DNA from: an uncultured virus (IMG/VR IMGVR_UViG_3300031539_000016) | Taxonomy: Duplodnaviria > Heunggongvirae > Uroviricota > Caudoviricetes | Direction: 5' to 3' (one strand) | Virus record (IMG/VR): IMGVR_UViG_3300031539_000016 | Length of the DNA stretch: 20,000 nucleotides | In this document: in pieces, positions 17,505 through 20,000 of the stretch | Position numbering within the stretch: position 1 is the first letter of the stretch | Layout: the number at the start of each line of letters is the position of its first letter | Program-made: the position numbers and the translations under genes | Notes under the pieces: generated by a model | Told to the model about the DNA's origin: nothing | Database searches by the model: none | The model's input: the letters and a program-made list of their open reading frames with translations, nothing else

Positions 17505-18308
17505 ATGTTGGACGTGGTTCTCAGGACCTGTGATAGAGTTTATTCAATACATAAAGAAATTTTGGGAACAGACCATCGTGTAACTGGGCCTGATGTTACT
17601 AAGTTAGAGATTATACTACGGTGTTTAAATTCTCTAATTATATCCATGAATAAGGTAGATTATGGTTTGAGATTAATAGTAATTGATGACCACTCAGTAG
17701 GGTTAGAAAAAATAAAGAAATTACTTGAAAAATGTAAACATCCGACTGAGTTTATTTCCTTGGAAAATACGGGAAATGGAGCATCTATGTACGCTTGTTT
17801 TAAGTATGCTAAAGAGTATGGTAGAGAACGTCTGTTTTTTGTTGAAGATGATTATCTTCACGATGTAAACTGTATTCCAGAGATGCTTTACGAGTATGAT
17901 TTTTTCAAGCTGAAGCTGAACAGTGAAGTTGCATTGTTTCCATCTGATAATATAGAGCTTTATACACACCCACAGAAAAATAGTATTCAGTGTAATATTG
18001 GTATTGGGCGAAATAGACATTGGAGATCTACTATGTTTTCGTCATATACTTTTTTATGTTCTAAAGAAATTTTAGAAAGATATTGGTATTTGTTTGCAAT
18101 GACCGAAGGTTATGGTAAAGATTTATTTATTAATGAAGGTACAACCATAAATGCAATATGGGAAGCCCCCTATAAAAACGCTGGTGGGGCATATTTGTTA
18201 AGTCCAATTCCATCATTATCTTTACATCTACATTTTAAAGATCATATATCTCCGTTTATTAATTGGAAAAGTTGGTGGGATAAAAATGAATATGAAATAA
18301 ATAATTAA
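17505..18308 (+). CDS. GT-A glycosyltransferase (GT2-like)
   Basis: Motifs VVLRTCD, RCLNSL, LIVIDDHS, GNGAS, LFFVEDDYLH, LSPIPSLSLH. Confidence 0.75.
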   Translation: MLDVVLRTCDRVYSIHKEILGTDHRVTGPDVTKLEIILRCLNSLIISMNKVDYGLRLIVIDDHSVGLEKIKKLLEKCKHPTEFISLENTGNGASMYACFKYAKEYGRERLFFVEDDYLHDVNCIPEMLYEYDFFKLKLNSEVALFPSDNIELYTHPQKNSIQCNIGIGRNRHWRSTMFSSYTFLCSKEILERYWYLFAMTEGYGKDLFINEGTTINAIWEAPYKNAGGAYLLSPIPSLSLHLHFKDHISPFINWKSWWDKNEYEINN

Positions 18309-18368
18309 TTTAAATTTTAGAAACGGATTCAAAGGAACCGAATAAAAAAATAAAAAGTGTTTGTTATT

Positions 18369-18435
18369 AAGTAGTGGAAAAGGACGATTTACGCTAAGAC
18401 AGAGGTGAATTTATACTTTATCCACTATTTTTTTT
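18369..18435 (+). terminator. Long imperfect hairpin followed by a T-tract (terminator-like or structured RNA) after the cluster
   Basis: AAGTAGTGGA-AAAG (18369-18382) pairs with CTTT-A-TCCACTATTT (18416-18430). An inner stem GATTTAC/GTGAATT forms with G-U pairs. T8 run at 18428-18435. Confidence 0.55.
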
Positions 18436-18467
18436 GCGTGAAATAAAAAATTAGGAGGTAATTAGAT

Positions 18468-18737
18468 ATGGGACTGGTACAAGCAGAAGTAACCGGATTA
18501 GTGTCAAGTGGTGGGGATAATTATCAGTATGAAATAGAATATACTGTGAGTGGTGTAGTTTTAGTTGTAGATAAGTTTTCTTCGGGAGGTATTACTGGTG
18601 ATTTAGCAATTAGAGATATGGTTAGAAATAAATGTGCTGCCCTTGAAACTGATATTCAGCGAATTGGTAGTACTGCGAGAATTATATTAAGTGAAAAGAT
18701 TACTTTGGACTCTTTTGAGCCTAAAGCAATATCATAA
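18468..18737 (+). CDS. Hypothetical protein, paralog of the N-terminal domain of 18991-19452
   Basis: Strong SD AGGAGGT. Shares YEIxY, GV...VD...SGG..GDLA and C..L..DI...G with 18991. Confidence 0.8.
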   Translation: MGLVQAEVTGLVSSGGDNYQYEIEYTVSGVVLVVDKFSSGGITGDLAIRDMVRNKCAALETDIQRIGSTARIILSEKITLDSFEPKAIS

Positions 18738-18760
18738 TAAATAATAGGAGGTCAATTATA

Positions 18761-18976
18761 ATGGAAATAGGCAATAGTGGACATGTTGTGAAGTCTTTTC
18801 CTACATTCCCACAAATAGCTGGGAGTGTAGATAAACAAATTATGCAGTTTATGGAAGACTGGTTAAACGATGAAAGTGAGATACTTACTGTTGTAAGTGT
18901 AGTGCCATATCAAGCTAACACTGCTGATGGTTTAGAACAAATGGTTTTAGTGGTGTTTGAAAAAAATAAAAAATAA
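18761..18976 (+). CDS. Small acidic hypothetical protein
   Basis: SD AGGAGGT, in operon spacing. No recognisable motif. Confidence 0.7.
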   Translation: MEIGNSGHVVKSFPTFPQIAGSVDKQIMQFMEDWLNDESEILTVVSVVPYQANTADGLEQMVLVVFEKNKK

Positions 18977-18990
18977 GGGGGAAGTAAAAA

Positions 18991-19452
18991 ATGACAGTTA
19001 ACGCTAAAATTACTAGTGTCACGCCTACTAGTAATGGAAATGTATATGAAATAAGTTATTACGAGGAAGCAACGCCAGGCGTGATTATAGGCGTAGATGA
19101 CATGCATTCAGGCGGTCAAGTGGGTGATTTAGCAGTTAAAAACTATATTTTAGATAGATGTAGCTCACTTGATGCTGATATTGCTAAAACTGGAACTGCT
19201 GACGCTATACAATTAAATGATATATTTAGTGGTAGTAGTTTGCCTTGGCAAGCTACAGTTGTAAGTGGGATAGCAGCTAAAGAGGCAGCAGGTACAATTG
19301 AAAAAGGAGTTATTAAAGAGATTGATGAAGAAAAAAAATTAGCTGTAGTAGAGGTTTATTTGTTTGTAGCTACAGAGCTTTATAATCGTCTATATCTTGT
19401 TTATGAAGATAAAGATCTAGCTGTTCAATTTGAACAGATTGTACAACAGTAA
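18991..19452 (+). CDS. Hypothetical acidic protein: N-domain paralogous to 18468-18737 plus a ~70-aa C-terminal domain
   Basis: SD-like AAGGGGG. Shares motifs with 18468. Confidence 0.8.
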   Translation: MTVNAKITSVTPTSNGNVYEISYYEEATPGVIIGVDDMHSGGQVGDLAVKNYILDRCSSLDADIAKTGTADAIQLNDIFSGSSLPWQATVVSGIAAKEAAGTIEKGVIKEIDEEKKLAVVEVYLFVATELYNRLYLVYEDKDLAVQFEQIVQQ

Positions 19453-19516
19453 AAAATTAAATTGGTATTAAGGTATTAAAAATATTAGTTTGTTTTATAT
19501 AGAGGAGGTGTTTTTA

Positions 19517-20000
19517 GTGGCTAAACTATGGTCTTGGGGAGGTAATGGCCTCGGTCAACTAGGTCTAGAAGATATACTTGATCGTTCCAGCCCGGAGCAG
19601 GTAGGAGCTCTAACTAACTGGAGTTCTATTGCTGCTGGTGGAGCTTATCACACTCTAGCTACTAAAACAGACGGCTCCCTCTGGTCTTGGGGCCGCAACA
19701 CCGAAGGTCAATTAGGCCAAGAAGATATAATTCATCGTTCCAGCCCGGTGCAGGTAGGAGCTCTAACCGATTGGAGTTCTGTTGCTGGTGGGCTTTATCA
19801 CACCCTCGCTACTAAAACAGATGGATCCCTCTGGTCTTGGGGATATAACACTAACGGTGAATTAGGTCTAGAAGATATAATTCATCGTTCCAGCCCGGTG
19901 CAGGTAGGAGCTCTAACCGGCTGGGGTTCAGTTGTTGGTGGAGCTTATCACACCCTCGCTATTAAAACAGATAGTACCCTCTGGTCTTGGGGATATAACA
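19517..20000 (+). CDS. RCC1/BLIP-II-like beta-propeller repeat protein (3'-truncated; absent from the ORF track)
   Basis: GTG at 19517 after AGAGGAGGTG. Open to the window end: MAKLWSWGGNGLGQLGLEDILDRSSPEQVGALTNWSSIAAGGAYHTLATKTDGSLWSWGRNTEGQLG... with canonical WGxNxxGQLG and GxxHTLAxKxDG motifs. Confidence 0.92.
   Translation, partial: MAKLWSWGGNGLGQLGLEDILDRSSPEQVGALTNWSSIAAGGAYHTLATKTDGSLWSWGRNTEGQLGQEDIIHRSSPVQVGALTDWSSVAGGLYHTLATKTDGSLWSWGYNTNGELGLEDIIHRSSPVQVGALTGWGSVVGGAYHTLAIKTDSTLWSWGYN
19529..20000 (+). repeat. Coding tandem repeat of ~150 bp (RCC1 units)
   Basis: TGGTCTTGGGG recurs at 19529, 19682, 19832 and 19982 (periods 153, 150, 150). Units 2 and 3 are 128/150 identical by manual count. 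Confidence 0.95.

Noticed and set aside
2646..18308. Ordinary cellular LPS, O-antigen or capsule locus
   Set aside because: There are no NDP-sugar synthesis, flippase, polymerase, ligase or export genes and no evident TM proteins, while the flanks are virus-like and HNH-rich. This is disfavoured but not strictly excluded without wider context.
18369..18435. c-di-GMP-I or other known riboswitch (ACGCTAAG resembles part of the consensus)
   Set aside because: The two-hairpin architecture with GNRA tetraloop and receptor is not evident. The sequence folds as one long stem.
1597..19107. Short alternative-frame and minus-strand ORFs in the track (1597, 2346, 5008, 5264, 6553, 8641, 10163, 12222, 13120, 16542, 16672, 17721, 18910)
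   Set aside because: All overlap well-supported + strand genes and have no motifs. Many show the F/L/I-rich composition typical of antisense shadows of K/E/N-rich genes.
19529..20000. RCC1 repeats as a DGR template/variable pair or a CRISPR array
   Set aside because: Differences are not adenine-specific (for example C/T and C/G changes and a codon indel), and no reverse transcriptase is in the window. The repeats are in-frame coding units without a repeat-spacer pattern. A DGR elsewhere in the genome cannot be excluded.
1..20000. Stop-codon reassignment as seen in some large phages
   Set aside because: Coding density is near complete in the standard code, and TAA, TAG and TGA all end genes at sensible domain boundaries.

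Overview
AT-rich window (roughly 30-33% GC by eye) in which every credible gene is on the + strand, tightly packed, most with Shine-Dalgarno motifs and in the standard code. It is most consistent with a segment of a large tailed prokaryotic virus (inference; no capsid, terminase or portal gene is in view). The core (2646-18308) is a ~15.7 kb glycan-modification cluster with 8 glycosyltransferase (GT) domains in 7 genes and 11 class I SAM methyltransferase (MTase) domains (10 stand-alone, 1 fused). The GTs are a GT9+GT4-like fusion, two CgeB-like GT-B paralogs, GT2/GT7-like, GT8-like, TPR-GT9-like and GT2-like enzymes. Five of the MTases are close Methyltransf_24 paralogs that appear to have expanded in place. 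No nucleotide-sugar synthesis, flippase, polymerase or obvious membrane protein is present. The left flank has the end of a C1q/TNF-like protein and a putative head-tail adaptor. The right flank has a long hairpin, small acidic paralogous proteins and an RCC1-repeat gene (19517 to the end) that the ORF track misses. Three free-standing HNH endonucleases lie in or beside the cluster. Best hypothesis: a virus-encoded system that builds a heavily O-methylated glycan on virion proteins. All family calls come from motif recognition by eye, not database searches.
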